DNA of 39,010 nucleotides from Patescibacteria group bacterium (GCA_043812515.1 JBDRMC010000007.1:1-39010); one strand, 5' to 3'. Counted from the first letter of the stretch, positions 1-11,847 are shown. The notes: generated by a model from the sequence alone, not told the origin. Program-made: numbers and translations.

Positions 1-250
1 ACATCATTAGACGATGCTCAAAAAGGATTCAGTCTTTTTGGTTGGGTGTTTCGACTATTTAGTCGTTAACGCAGTAACAGTTTACATGCAAATATTTAAC
101 CAGCGTAATCCGGTTGCGTTTGGGTAGTTTTTGCCCTATAATATAGATTCAAACCGATAGTAATGATTGAGATTTGTTGCCCGCCGGTTGCCCAAAAGTG
201 GCAAAAATCGATTAAGATTAAATAGCTTTAAGCTAAGGGGGCGGAACAAA

Positions 251-297
251 CGAGGCTCATAACCTTGAGGTCGTTGGTTCAAATCCAACCCCCGCAA
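251..297 (+). tRNA. 3' portion only of an initiator-type tRNA-Met (anticodon CAT); no 5' acceptor strand or D arm upstream
   Basis: Anticodon arm CGAGG-CTCATAA-CCTTG, variable loop AGGTC, T arm GTTGG-TTCAAAT-CCAAC, acceptor CCCCGCA plus discriminator A. Almost base-for-base like the 3' part of E. coli tRNA-fMet. The required 5' strand (C/T)GCGGGG is absent from 1-250. Confidence 0.5.
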
Positions 298-312
298 CAT
301 TCATTGCTTTTA

Positions 313-338
313 ACATCTAAATTTGGTATAATTTAGAT

Positions 339-340
<2 letters not shown>
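313..340. promoter_or_regulatory. 11-bp inverted repeat (313-323/330-340) enclosing an extended -10 TGGTATAAT (324-332)
   Basis: ACATCTAAATT..AATTTAGATGT is perfectly complementary. TATAAT lies at 327-332, 6 nt before the GTG at 339. Confidence 0.4.
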
Positions 341-3604
<3,264 letters not shown>

Positions 3605-3630
3605 TTTAATGGTTGTTAGTATATAGGCGT

Positions 3631-3648
3631 AAGCCTGCGGGCTTTTTT
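3631..3648 (+). terminator. Short hairpin plus T-run after gyrB
   Basis: AAGCC-TGCG-GGCTT followed by TTTTT. Confidence 0.4.
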
Positions 3649-3662
3649 AATTAGTCAATTTT

Positions 3663-3857
3663 ATGGGTAATTTGGAAAAAATAAAAAACTATTTTAAGGA
3701 AGTGAAGGTTGAAATGGACAAGGTCAATTGGCCATCCAGAGACACTACTATCAATTACACTTTGATAGTTATCGGCGTTTCTGCCGCCACGGCGGTGTTC
3801 TTGGGCGCTTTGGACTATTTTTTTGGTCTGGGCATAGACATCTTTTTATTTAGATAA
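3663..3857 (+). CDS. secE: Preprotein translocase subunit SecE
   Basis: 64 aa with a single C-terminal TM helix, KVNWPSRDTT motif, directly upstream of nusG. Confidence 0.85.
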   Translation: MGNLEKIKNYFKEVKVEMDKVNWPSRDTTINYTLIVIGVSAATAVFLGALDYFFGLGIDIFLFR

Positions 3858-3860
3858 AAT

Positions 3861-4403
3861 ATGACGCGACAGCAATCACAAGGCAGAAACTGGTATGTGC
3901 TTCACACTTATTCCGGTTATGAAGACGCAGTGGCGCGCAATTTGAAGCAGAGAATTGAATCCCTGGACATGCAGGATAAAATTTTCAATGTTTTGGTTCC
4001 GAAAGAAAAGAAAATTAAAATCAAAAACGGCAAACGGCGGGCAATTGAAGAAAAAATTTATCCGGGCTATGTTTTGGTTGAAATGATTGTTACCGACGAC
4101 TCGTGGTATGTGGTCAGGAACACGCCGCGCGTTACCGGTTTTATCGGTTCGGGAACAATGCCCATTCCGGTTTCGGAAGGGGAAATAAGCGAACTCCGGA
4201 AACGAATGAGCGGCGGCGAATCAAAATATAAGATTGAGTTTTCGGTTGGCGATCCGGTTAAAATAGTTGATGGACCGTTCAAAGATTTTGACGGCAAGGT
4301 TAACGAGGTAGATGAATCTCACGGCAAGGTTAAAGTGTTGATTTCGATGTTCGGTCGCGAAACAGCGGTTGAGCTTGACTCGCTTCAGATAAAGAAGTTA
4401 TAA
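3861..4403 (+). CDS. nusG: Transcription termination/antitermination factor NusG
   Basis: WYVLHTYSGYE, YPGYVLVEM, VRNTPRVTGFIG, KOW motif VGDPVKIVDGPFKDFDGKV. Confidence 0.95.
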   Translation: MTRQQSQGRNWYVLHTYSGYEDAVARNLKQRIESLDMQDKIFNVLVPKEKKIKIKNGKRRAIEEKIYPGYVLVEMIVTDDSWYVVRNTPRVTGFIGSGTMPIPVSEGEISELRKRMSGGESKYKIEFSVGDPVKIVDGPFKDFDGKVNEVDESHGKVKVLISMFGRETAVELDSLQIKKL

Positions 4404-4483
4404 AGTTGTGGGCATCCGCCTTCGCTAAAGCTTCGGCGGGATAGCTCATAAATTTAGCTAAAAATATTAATTTTTAGAAATTT

Positions 4484-4909
4484 ATGGCAAAAAAGATAAA
4501 AACAATTATAAAAATTCAAATACCCGCCGGAGCGGCAACAGCCCAGCCGCCGGTTGGTACGGCTTTGGGTCCGCACGGCCTTAATATCGGCGAATTTGTC
4601 AGTAAATTTAATGTTGCCACCAAAGATATGGCCGGCGATATTATTCCGGTTGAGGTTACGGTTTATGAAGACCGGACTTTTGATATGAGATTCAAAACTT
4701 CTCCGGCAGCATCTCTGCTTAAAAAGGCGGCCGGTATTGAAAAGGCCAGCGCTAATCCGAAAAAAATCAAAGTTGGAAAAGTTACCATGGCGCAAATCCG
4801 CGAAATTGCCGAAAAGAAAATGGTTGATTTAAACGCCAATGACATTGGCGCCGCGGAAAAAATCATCATGGGCACAGCGCGAAGTATGGGCATCGAAATC
4901 GAGAAGTAA
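4484..4909 (+). CDS. rplK: 50S ribosomal protein L11
   Basis: [35 protein letters not shown] is typical uL11; gene follows nusG. Confidence 0.95.
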   Translation: MAKKIKTIIKIQIPAGAATAQPPVGTALGPHGLNIGEFVSKFNVATKDMAGDIIPVEVTVYEDRTFDMRFKTSPAASLLKKAAGIEKASANPKKIKVGKVTMAQIREIAEKKMVDLNANDIGAAEKIIMGTARSMGIEIEK

Positions 4910-4927
4910 TTGTGGTATTCTGGAGTC

Positions 4928-6418
4928 ATGATTAAGTATGAGTCGGTTATTGGGTTGGAAATACACGCGGAACTGAAGACGAAAACAAAGATGTTTTGCG
5001 CCTGCCAAAACGATCCGGACGAACGCCACCCCAATGTTAATATTTGCCCCATTTGCACCGGCCAGCCGGGAACTTTGCCTGTTATAAACAGAGACGCGGT
5101 TGAGCATGTTATAAAAGTCGGTTTGGCTTTGAAAAGCAAAATTCCGGAAATCACCAAATGGGACAGAAAAAATTATTTCTATCCCGATTTACCAAAAGGC
5201 TACCAAATATCCCAATACGACAAACCGATTTGCCTGGGCGGAGAATTAAATATCCCGGTTTCTGCTCAAAAAATAAATATAACGCGGGTGCATCTTGAAG
5301 AAGACACCGGCCGACTTGTTCATTTCGGACATATCGGCCATTCTTTGGTTGATTTCAATCGCGCGGGCGTGCCGTTAATGGAGCTTGTCACGGAACCGGA
5401 TTTTACCTCCGGAGAGGAAGCCAGCGCTTTTGCGCAGGAGCTTCAGCTGATTTTAAGGTATTTGGGAGTTTCTGACGCGGATATGGAAAAGGGGCAAATG
5501 CGGGTTGAGGCCAATCTATCGTTAAAGCCGATTGGCGCTAAAGAACTTGGTACAAAAGTTGAAGTTAAAAATTTAAATTCTTTCAAAGCGGTTCGCGGCG
5601 CGATTGATTTTGAAATAAAAAGACAAACGGCGGTTCTTGAACGCGGAGAAAAAATTCATCAGCAAACTCGCGGCTGGAGCGAATCAAAAGGGGAGACGGT
5701 ACTGCAGAGAACCAAAGAAGAATCCCACGATTACAGATATTTCCCCGAACCCGATTTGCCGCCCATTCGTCTTACGAATGGGCGAGCCTCGCCAGTAGGC
5801 GGGCCGCCACTTGTTGATATTGAGAAGCTTAAAGCTAGCTTGCCCGAATTGCCAAGCGGAAAAAGAAAAAGATTTAAGAAAGAATATGGCTTAGTTGATA
5901 ATCAAGTTAATATTTTGATTAATAATAAAAAGCTGGCCGGATTTTTTGAAAATGTCGCAAGTGAGCTTCTTGATATTGAATCTTATAATAAGAAAGAACT
6001 TTTCAATTTATCCGCCAATTATATTTTGGGCGATTTTTTGGGGCTTTTAAACGAAGCCTCGGCTGAAGTAGATGACACCAGAATAACCGCCGAAGATTTC
6101 GCCGAATTAATAGGCCTTATTCATAAAGGGACGATAACTACATCAACCGCTAAAGAAGTTCTTAAAGAAATGTGGGCAACAGGAAAAGATCCTTCTAATA
6201 TTATTTATGAAAAAGATTTGGGGCAAGTCCAGAATGCCGGCGAGCTTGAAAAAGTGGCTTCAAAAATAATAAGTGAAAATCAAACTGCGGTTGCCGATTA
6301 CAAAAAAGGCAAAGAAGCGTCTTTGCAATTTTTGATTGGGCAAGTTATGCGCGAAACCCGCGGCAAAGCCAGTCCGAAAATCATCTTAGATATTTTGAGT
6401 AAATTACTGAAAAAATGA
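4928..6418 (+). CDS. gatB: Asp/Glu-tRNA(Asn/Gln) amidotransferase subunit B. The ATG at 4928 is preferred over the track start at 4910.
   Basis: MIKYESVIGLEIHAELKT, NYFYPDLPKGYQISQ, DYRYFPEPDLPP, C-terminal YqeY-like domain LIGQVMRETRGKA. Confidence 0.95.
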   Translation: MIKYESVIGLEIHAELKTKTKMFCACQNDPDERHPNVNICPICTGQPGTLPVINRDAVEHVIKVGLALKSKIPEITKWDRKNYFYPDLPKGYQISQYDKPICLGGELNIPVSAQKINITRVHLEEDTGRLVHFGHIGHSLVDFNRAGVPLMELVTEPDFTSGEEASAFAQELQLILRYLGVSDADMEKGQMRVEANLSLKPIGAKELGTKVEVKNLNSFKAVRGAIDFEIKRQTAVLERGEKIHQQTRGWSESKGETVLQRTKEESHDYRYFPEPDLPPIRLTNGRASPVGGPPLVDIEKLKASLPELPSGKRKRFKKEYGLVDNQVNILINNKKLAGFFENVASELLDIESYNKKELFNLSANYILGDFLGLLNEASAEVDDTRITAEDFAELIGLIHKGTITTSTAKEVLKEMWATGKDPSNIIYEKDLGQVQNAGELEKVASKIISENQTAVADYKKGKEASLQFLIGQVMRETRGKASPKIILDILSKLLKK

Positions 6419-6459
6419 ATTACATATATCATATGCTATAGCATATGATATATGTAATT
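6418..6459. repeat. Perfect 42-bp palindrome AATTACATATATCATATGCTA/TAGCATATGATATATGTAATT filling the convergent gatB/miaA gap. Likely bidirectional terminator; member of a repeat family.
   Basis: Arms of 21 nt are exact reverse complements. A near-identical copy lies at 11921-11962. Confidence 0.85.
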
Positions 6460-6465
6460 TGAATG

Positions 6466-7389
6466 TTATTGTATTGATAAAAAATCTTTAGCCAATTTTG
6501 CGGCCTGTTTTGAATTCGCGATCCAGCGGATTTTTTTGTTGCGGTTGAACCAAGTCATTTGGCGCTTGGCGTAATGCTCTATTTCTTTTTGCAATTTTTC
6601 AACCATTTCATCGTAAGATAATTTGTTTTGAAGATAATAGGCAACATAGCGGTATTCAAGGCCGAAATCTTCAAGCCGTTGCCAGCTCAAACCGGATTTT
6701 TTCAAATTTATAACTTCTTTAACCATGCCCATTTTTAGCCTTCTTAAAAGCCGTATTTTTATTGATTCTTTCAACTCTCTCATGTTGCGTTTAACGCCGA
6801 TAAACAGTGTTTCGTATTTCGGATTAGATTTAAGCAGGGGGACTTTCTTGCCCGATTTGATAATTATTTCCAGCGCTCTGATTAAACGGCGGCGGTTGTT
6901 TTTATCTATATTTTTTGACCGCCGCGGGTCCAATTTTTTTAATTGAGAAAATAATTCTTTGGTTGTTTTTTTCTCAAGAGCGGTTCTTAATTTCGCGTCA
7001 GGTTTTATTTCCGGAATGGAAATATTTTCCGTTATGGCTTGAATATAAAAACCCGTCCCTCCGCAAATGATGGGGATTTTTCCGCGTTTTATTATTTTTT
7101 TAATTGCTTTTTCTGCTAATCGCTTGTATTGGGCAACAGTGAATTGTTTTTTGGGATTGGCGACATCCAGAAGATGATGGGGGATTTTTGCCATTTCTTT
7201 TTTGGTGATTTTTCCGGTGCCGATGTCCATCCCTTCATAAACTTGCCGCGAGTCGGCGGAAATAATCTCGCCATGAAATTTTTGAGCGATTTTTACTGCC
7301 AGTGAACTTTTCCCCGATGCCGTTGGCCCAACGACTACAATTATTTTTGGGTTATATCTTACTTTCAATTTCTTTTTGGATTTTTTCAA
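6466..7389 (-). CDS. miaA: tRNA dimethylallyltransferase
   Basis: VVGPTASGKSSLAVKIA, ISADSRQVYEGMDIGTGK, IPHHLLD. Confidence 0.93.
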   Translation of the reverse strand: MKKSKKKLKVRYNPKIIVVVGPTASGKSSLAVKIAQKFHGEIISADSRQVYEGMDIGTGKITKKEMAKIPHHLLDVANPKKQFTVAQYKRLAEKAIKKIIKRGKIPIICGGTGFYIQAITENISIPEIKPDAKLRTALEKKTTKELFSQLKKLDPRRSKNIDKNNRRRLIRALEIIIKSGKKVPLLKSNPKYETLFIGVKRNMRELKESIKIRLLRRLKMGMVKEVINLKKSGLSWQRLEDFGLEYRYVAYYLQNKLSYDEMVEKLQKEIEHYAKRQMTWFNRNKKIRWIANSKQAAKLAKDFLSIQ

Positions 7390-8563
7390 TGAATTTTTCC
7401 AATTTCATCGCGCCAAGATCTCCCTTGCCTCTTTCGCGAATCGCGACAGAATCGTTTTTTTCTTCTTTGTCGCCAACGACCAAGATATAGGGGATCTTTT
7501 CAAGTTCGGCATTTCTTATTTTTTTACCAACGGTTTCATTTTCATTGTCCAGTTCCACCCGAACCCCTTCTTTTTTAAGTTTTTCTAGAATTTTTTCGGA
7601 GTATTTTAGATTTCGGTCGGTTATATTAAGTATTTTCACCTGAACGGGAGAAAGCCAAACAGGAAACGCGCCTTGATAATTTTCAACCAAAATCCCAATG
7701 AATCTTTCAAATGAGCCGAAGACGGCGCGATGAATCACCACCGGTTTTTCCTTTTCTCCCTTTTGGTTAGCGAAACTTAAATTAAACTTTTCGGCCATGT
7801 TGAAATCAACTTGAATAGTGCCGAGCTGCCATGAGCGATTTAGGGAGTCTTTGACGTGAATTTCTATTTTAGGGCCGTAAAAAGCTCCTTCTTTCGGTTG
7901 AAGTTCGTATTTTATTTTATTTTGTTTTAAGGCCTCAGCCAAAGCGTCTTCGGCTTTATCCCACAATTTTTTATCGCCCATGGCTTCATCCGGTCGAGTG
8001 GCAAGAAAGTAACTGGTTTTAAAATTGAAAATTCCATAAAAACCATTTATTAAAATAATCAGCCGGTTGATTTCTTCAACCAGTTCGTCAATTCTCACAT
8101 AAATATGGGCGTCATCCATAGTTATTTGTCTCACTCTGAAAAGGCCGTTCAACACGCCCGAAAGTTCTTTCCTGTGAAGCCGTCCGATTTCCGAAAATCT
8201 TAAGGGCAAATCCCGCCAGCTTCTGATTTTGGATGAATAAATAACGGTGCTTTCCGGGCAGTTCATCGGCTTTAAAACAAAGGTTTGTTTATCAACCATC
8301 AAGGAAAACATTAATTCTTTATAAAACTGGAAATGACCCGATTTTTCAAAAAGGTCTTTTCTAACCATAATCGGAGTTGATATTTCCTTATAATCCTCTT
8401 TATCAAGCGCCTCGCGGATTGCTTTTTCAAGTTCTCTGAAAATTATCATTCCTTTGGGATGCCAAAAAGGCGCGCCCGGGGCAATTTCATTAAATGAATA
8501 CAAATCAAGCTGGATGCCCAACTCCTGATGGCTTAATGTATTTTTATTTTCTGTTTTTTCCAT
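7352..8563 (-). CDS. thrS: Threonine--tRNA ligase, catalytic plus anticodon-binding domains only (no TGS or editing domains)
   Basis: FWHPKGMIIFRELE, LKPMNCPES, RFSEIGRLHRKELSG, VRQITMDDAHIY, HRAVFGSFERFIG. 403 aa, beginning where the catalytic core of bacterial ThrRS begins. Confidence 0.9.
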   Translation of the reverse strand: MEKTENKNTLSHQELGIQLDLYSFNEIAPGAPFWHPKGMIIFRELEKAIREALDKEDYKEISTPIMVRKDLFEKSGHFQFYKELMFSLMVDKQTFVLKPMNCPESTVIYSSKIRSWRDLPLRFSEIGRLHRKELSGVLNGLFRVRQITMDDAHIYVRIDELVEEINRLIILINGFYGIFNFKTSYFLATRPDEAMGDKKLWDKAEDALAEALKQNKIKYELQPKEGAFYGPKIEIHVKDSLNRSWQLGTIQVDFNMAEKFNLSFANQKGEKEKPVVIHRAVFGSFERFIGILVENYQGAFPVWLSPVQVKILNITDRNLKYSEKILEKLKKEGVRVELDNENETVGKKIRNAELEKIPYILVVGDKEEKNDSVAIRERGKGDLGAMKLEKFIEKIQKEIESKI

Positions 8564-8580
8564 TTTTAATATTTAATTTT

Positions 8581-11500
8581 TTAAGTTCTTTTTCCGTTTG
8601 TTGAAAATTCCCGCGCGCCATCGCAAATTATACCAAGCGTTCCGTTGCGCTGGGAAACCTTTCCTTGGACGATGATAATATTGTCTTCGCGCCAGATGTC
8701 GGGATTTTTTTCCAATATGTCCGGGAAAACAACTACTTCTATCTTATTAGCCCAATCTTCAAGTTTTGTAAAGAGCATCAAACGACCGTTTTTGGTGACA
8801 AACTTCTGTATGCCGGAAATCAGGCCGCCGATGGCAATTTTTTGTCCGACCAGCGCGGGTTTTATTTGATGGATGAGCAGCGATTTTTTCTCCATAATTT
8901 CACGATAATCCTGCATCGGATGTTCGGAGATATATAGTCCCAAAAATTCTTTTTCCCAAGCCAGTTTTTCTTTTTTTGCCGCCGGTTCGACATTTGCCAA
9001 TTTTAGCGGCGCAACCGTTGAATATGATTCAAAAAGTCCCGTTTGGGGCGCGCCGGCGTTTTTGTTGGAGTCCCTTAAATATCGCAGAATTTCTTCTATA
9101 TTGTTGTTGAGCATCCGCCTTTCATTGAAAGCGTCCAACGCTCCGCATTTTATGAGCGCTTCAAGGGATTTTTTGTTCAAATCCGATGGTGGGGTTCTTT
9201 CTAGAAAATTCTGCAAAGATAAAAATTTTTCGTTATTTTTCCTTTCTTCAATAATTCTTGAAATGGCATTGCCGCTCAAATTTTTTACCGCCGAAAAACC
9301 GAATCTGATTTTTTCGCCAGAGGCGAATCCGCCTTTGGCGGATATTCCATCCATTTCATTTTCATTTCTAACTAAGGTGAAATTTTCCAGACTTTCATTG
9401 ATGTCCGGAGGTAAAATATTTAGGCCCATTTTTTTTGTTTCGTTCATCAATATGGCGATGCGGTCCATATCAAAACTTTCCGCGTTTAGAAGAGAAGCCA
9501 TAAATTCCGCCGGGTATGTTGTTTTCAAATAGGCTGTTTGATAGGCGATAAGCGCGTAACAAGCGGCGTGCGATCTGTTAAAACCATAGCGCGCGAACGG
9601 CTCTATGAATTGCCATATTTTTTCCGCAGTTGCCGAGCCAATGCCATTGGCGATAAGACCGTTGACAAATTTTTCCGATTGCTCGTCAAGAAGCTTTTTT
9701 ATTTTTTTGCCGACGGCTTTTCTCAAAACATCGGCTTCCGAAAGAGTAAAACCGGCCATCTGGTTGGCGATTTTAATAACCTGTTCCTGATAAATGGCGA
9801 CGCCATAAGTGCTCTCCAAAATTGGCTTTAATTTAGGATGCAGATATTCAACTCTTTCCAGACCGTTTTTCCGCGCGATATAAGTCGGTATAAATTCCAT
9901 CGGGCCGGGGCGGAACGCCGCTACCATAACGATAATGTCTTCCAAGCCGGTCGGTTTCAATTCTTTCAGATAACGCCGCATTCCGGCGGATTCCAATTGA
10001 AATACTCCTGTGGTGTCGGCTCTTTTCAAAAGTTCGAAAGTTTTTTCATCGTCCAAGGGAATATTGTAAATATCTATTTTTTTTCCGTAATTTTTTTCTA
10101 TAAGTTCAAGCGTTTTTTCAATCGTTGTCAGGTTCCGCAGTCCCAAAATGTCCATTTTCAAAAGTCCCAAAGATTCAACTGAGCGCATATCATATTGGGT
10201 AACGAGCGCTTGCTCGCCATCCTTTTTGCCATTTGATTTTGTCGCCCATTGCAGGGGCATATATTCGGTAATCGGATTTTTGGTGATGACAACTCCGCAG
10301 GCGTGCGTTGAAGCGTGGCGGGCGACGCCTTCCAATTTTTTCGCGGTTTCAATCAACTGACGGGCTTGCGGGTCGGTGTCCACGGCCTGTTTCAATTCGG
10401 CGACGTTTTGAAGCGATTTTTCAAGCCAGCCGGTTTTCATTCCTTGGGTCGGGTTGAAGGGAATCATTTTGGCGATGGCGTCGCAAAAGCCGTAGCCGAA
10501 TCCCAGAACCCGGCCCGCGTCGCGTATAGCGGCGCGGGCCGCCATAGTCCCGAAAGTTATGATTTGAGCGACGTGTTCGCGGCCGTATTTTTTGGAAATA
10601 TATTCCAAAACTTCATTGCGCCTGTGGTCGGCGAAATCAAGGTCGATATCCGGTGGCGCTATGCGGTCGGGATTTAAAAATCTTTCAAAAAGAAGATTAT
10701 ATTTTATCGGGTCAAGATTGGTGATTCCCATTGAATATAAAATCAGCGAACCGGCGGCCGAACCACGGCCGGGACCGACGGCAATACCTTGATTTTTCGC
10801 CCAATTGACGATATCCCAAACTATTAAAATATATGAAGCAAAACCGGTTCTCTGGATAACGCCAAGTTCAAACTTAAAGCGTTCAAGAATTTCCTGTGGC
10901 GCGTTATCCAAGGATGAATAACCGAATTTTTTTTCAAAACCCAAAAGCGCCAATTTTTCCAAATAACTTTCCGCGGTTTCGCCCTCGGGCAATTCAAAAT
11001 GGGGGAATTGAAGATTGCCGAATTCAAATTCAAAATCAACGGCGTCGACAATTTTTTGAGGATTGCTGATTGCCTCCGGAATGTCGCTGAAAATTTTGGC
11101 CATTTCTTCTTCCGATTGGAAAGATAAATCCATTCCCTTGAGCGACAGGCGATTCGGGTCGGAAATTTTATTGCCGGTGCCGATTGCCAGCAAAGCGTCG
11201 TGATAATCTTCGTCTTCTTTTGAAATATAATGGACGTCGTTTGAGGCGACAAGAGGGATTTCAAGTTTTTTTGAAAGCTCTATTAAATCGGCGCGAAGAT
11301 TTTTATTTTCAAAATGGGGCTGGATTTCCATATAAAAATTATCTTTTCCGAAAATATCTCGGTACTCCCGCGCCGCTTCTTCGGCGGCTTCTAGTTTATT
11401 GGAAGATATAAGGTGGGGGATTTCGCCCTGCATGCATCCGGAAAGGCAAATCAATCCGTCGGCGTATTGCCGCAATAGATTTTTATCAACTCTCGGCTTG

Positions 11501-11847
11501 TAATAAAAACCTTCAAGATGAGCTTTTGTTACTAGCTGAACCAGATTTTTATATCCGGTTTTATTTTTTACCAAAAGCGTCAAATGAAATCGTTTATTGC
11601 CGGGCCCAGGATTTTTATCGGCCATGCCGCCGCTCGCCACATAAAACTCGCAGCCGATAATCGGTTTAAGCCCTGCCCGTTTGGCTTTTTGAAAAAATTC
11701 AACAGCGCCATAAATAGTCCCATGGTCGGTCAATGCCAGGGCTTCCATTCCAAGCTCCTTGGCGCGATTTACCAGGTCGTCAATTTTCGCCAGGCCGTCA
11801 AGCAAGCTGTAATGAGAGTGAACGTGAAGATGGGCGAACTTTGCCAT
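8581..11847 (-). CDS. dnaE: DNA polymerase III alpha subunit
   Basis: PHP domain FAHLHVHSHYSLLDG...LTDHG, GPGRGSAAGSLILYSMGIT, DIDLDF, FNRSHAACYA. 1088 aa. Confidence 0.97.
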   Translation of the reverse strand: MAKFAHLHVHSHYSLLDGLAKIDDLVNRAKELGMEALALTDHGTIYGAVEFFQKAKRAGLKPIIGCEFYVASGGMADKNPGPGNKRFHLTLLVKNKTGYKNLVQLVTKAHLEGFYYKPRVDKNLLRQYADGLICLSGCMQGEIPHLISSNKLEAAEEAAREYRDIFGKDNFYMEIQPHFENKNLRADLIELSKKLEIPLVASNDVHYISKEDEDYHDALLAIGTGNKISDPNRLSLKGMDLSFQSEEEMAKIFSDIPEAISNPQKIVDAVDFEFEFGNLQFPHFELPEGETAESYLEKLALLGFEKKFGYSSLDNAPQEILERFKFELGVIQRTGFASYILIVWDIVNWAKNQGIAVGPGRGSAAGSLILYSMGITNLDPIKYNLLFERFLNPDRIAPPDIDLDFADHRRNEVLEYISKKYGREHVAQIITFGTMAARAAIRDAGRVLGFGYGFCDAIAKMIPFNPTQGMKTGWLEKSLQNVAELKQAVDTDPQARQLIETAKKLEGVARHASTHACGVVITKNPITEYMPLQWATKSNGKKDGEQALVTQYDMRSVESLGLLKMDILGLRNLTTIEKTLELIEKNYGKKIDIYNIPLDDEKTFELLKRADTTGVFQLESAGMRRYLKELKPTGLEDIIVMVAAFRPGPMEFIPTYIARKNGLERVEYLHPKLKPILESTYGVAIYQEQVIKIANQMAGFTLSEADVLRKAVGKKIKKLLDEQSEKFVNGLIANGIGSATAEKIWQFIEPFARYGFNRSHAACYALIAYQTAYLKTTYPAEFMASLLNAESFDMDRIAILMNETKKMGLNILPPDINESLENFTLVRNENEMDGISAKGGFASGEKIRFGFSAVKNLSGNAISRIIEERKNNEKFLSLQNFLERTPPSDLNKKSLEALIKCGALDAFNERRMLNNNIEEILRYLRDSNKNAGAPQTGLFESYSTVAPLKLANVEPAAKKEKLAWEKEFLGLYISEHPMQDYREIMEKKSLLIHQIKPALVGQKIAIGGLISGIQKFVTKNGRLMLFTKLEDWANKIEVVVFPDILEKNPDIWREDNIIIVQGKVSQRNGTLGIICDGAREFSTNGKRT
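9313..9342 (-). repeat. 30-nt double-hairpin element (R element) in frame inside dnaE
   Basis: On the minus strand it reads TCCGCCAAAGGCGGATTCGCCTCTGGCGAA and encodes SAKGGFASGE. Homologous to 16412-16441, 20305-20334 and 20724-20753. Confidence 0.8.

Noticed and set aside
1-298. tmRNA (ssrA) truncated at the window edge, suggested by the T arm and acceptor-like 3' end
   Set aside because: An intact anticodon arm with a CAT loop and a tRNA-type variable loop is present. The 3' strand CCCCGCA-A is that of initiator tRNA, not the GGGG/..CUCCACCA tmRNA acceptor. No plausible tag reading frame ending in a hydrophobic ..LAA-type tail was seen.
4414-4442. GC-rich hairpin between nusG and rplK as a rho-independent terminator
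   Set aside because: No T-run follows it. It is reported only as a possible half-copy of the R element or a leader structure.
8581-11847. Multiple 60-150-aa ORFs on the plus strand inside dnaE, and similar antisense or alternative-frame ORFs inside gyrB, rplK/gatB, rpoD, typA, the 31118 gene (31903-32238) and 29639-29854
   Set aside because: They lie entirely within strongly supported conserved genes, lack start signals and have skewed low-complexity composition. They are shadow ORFs.
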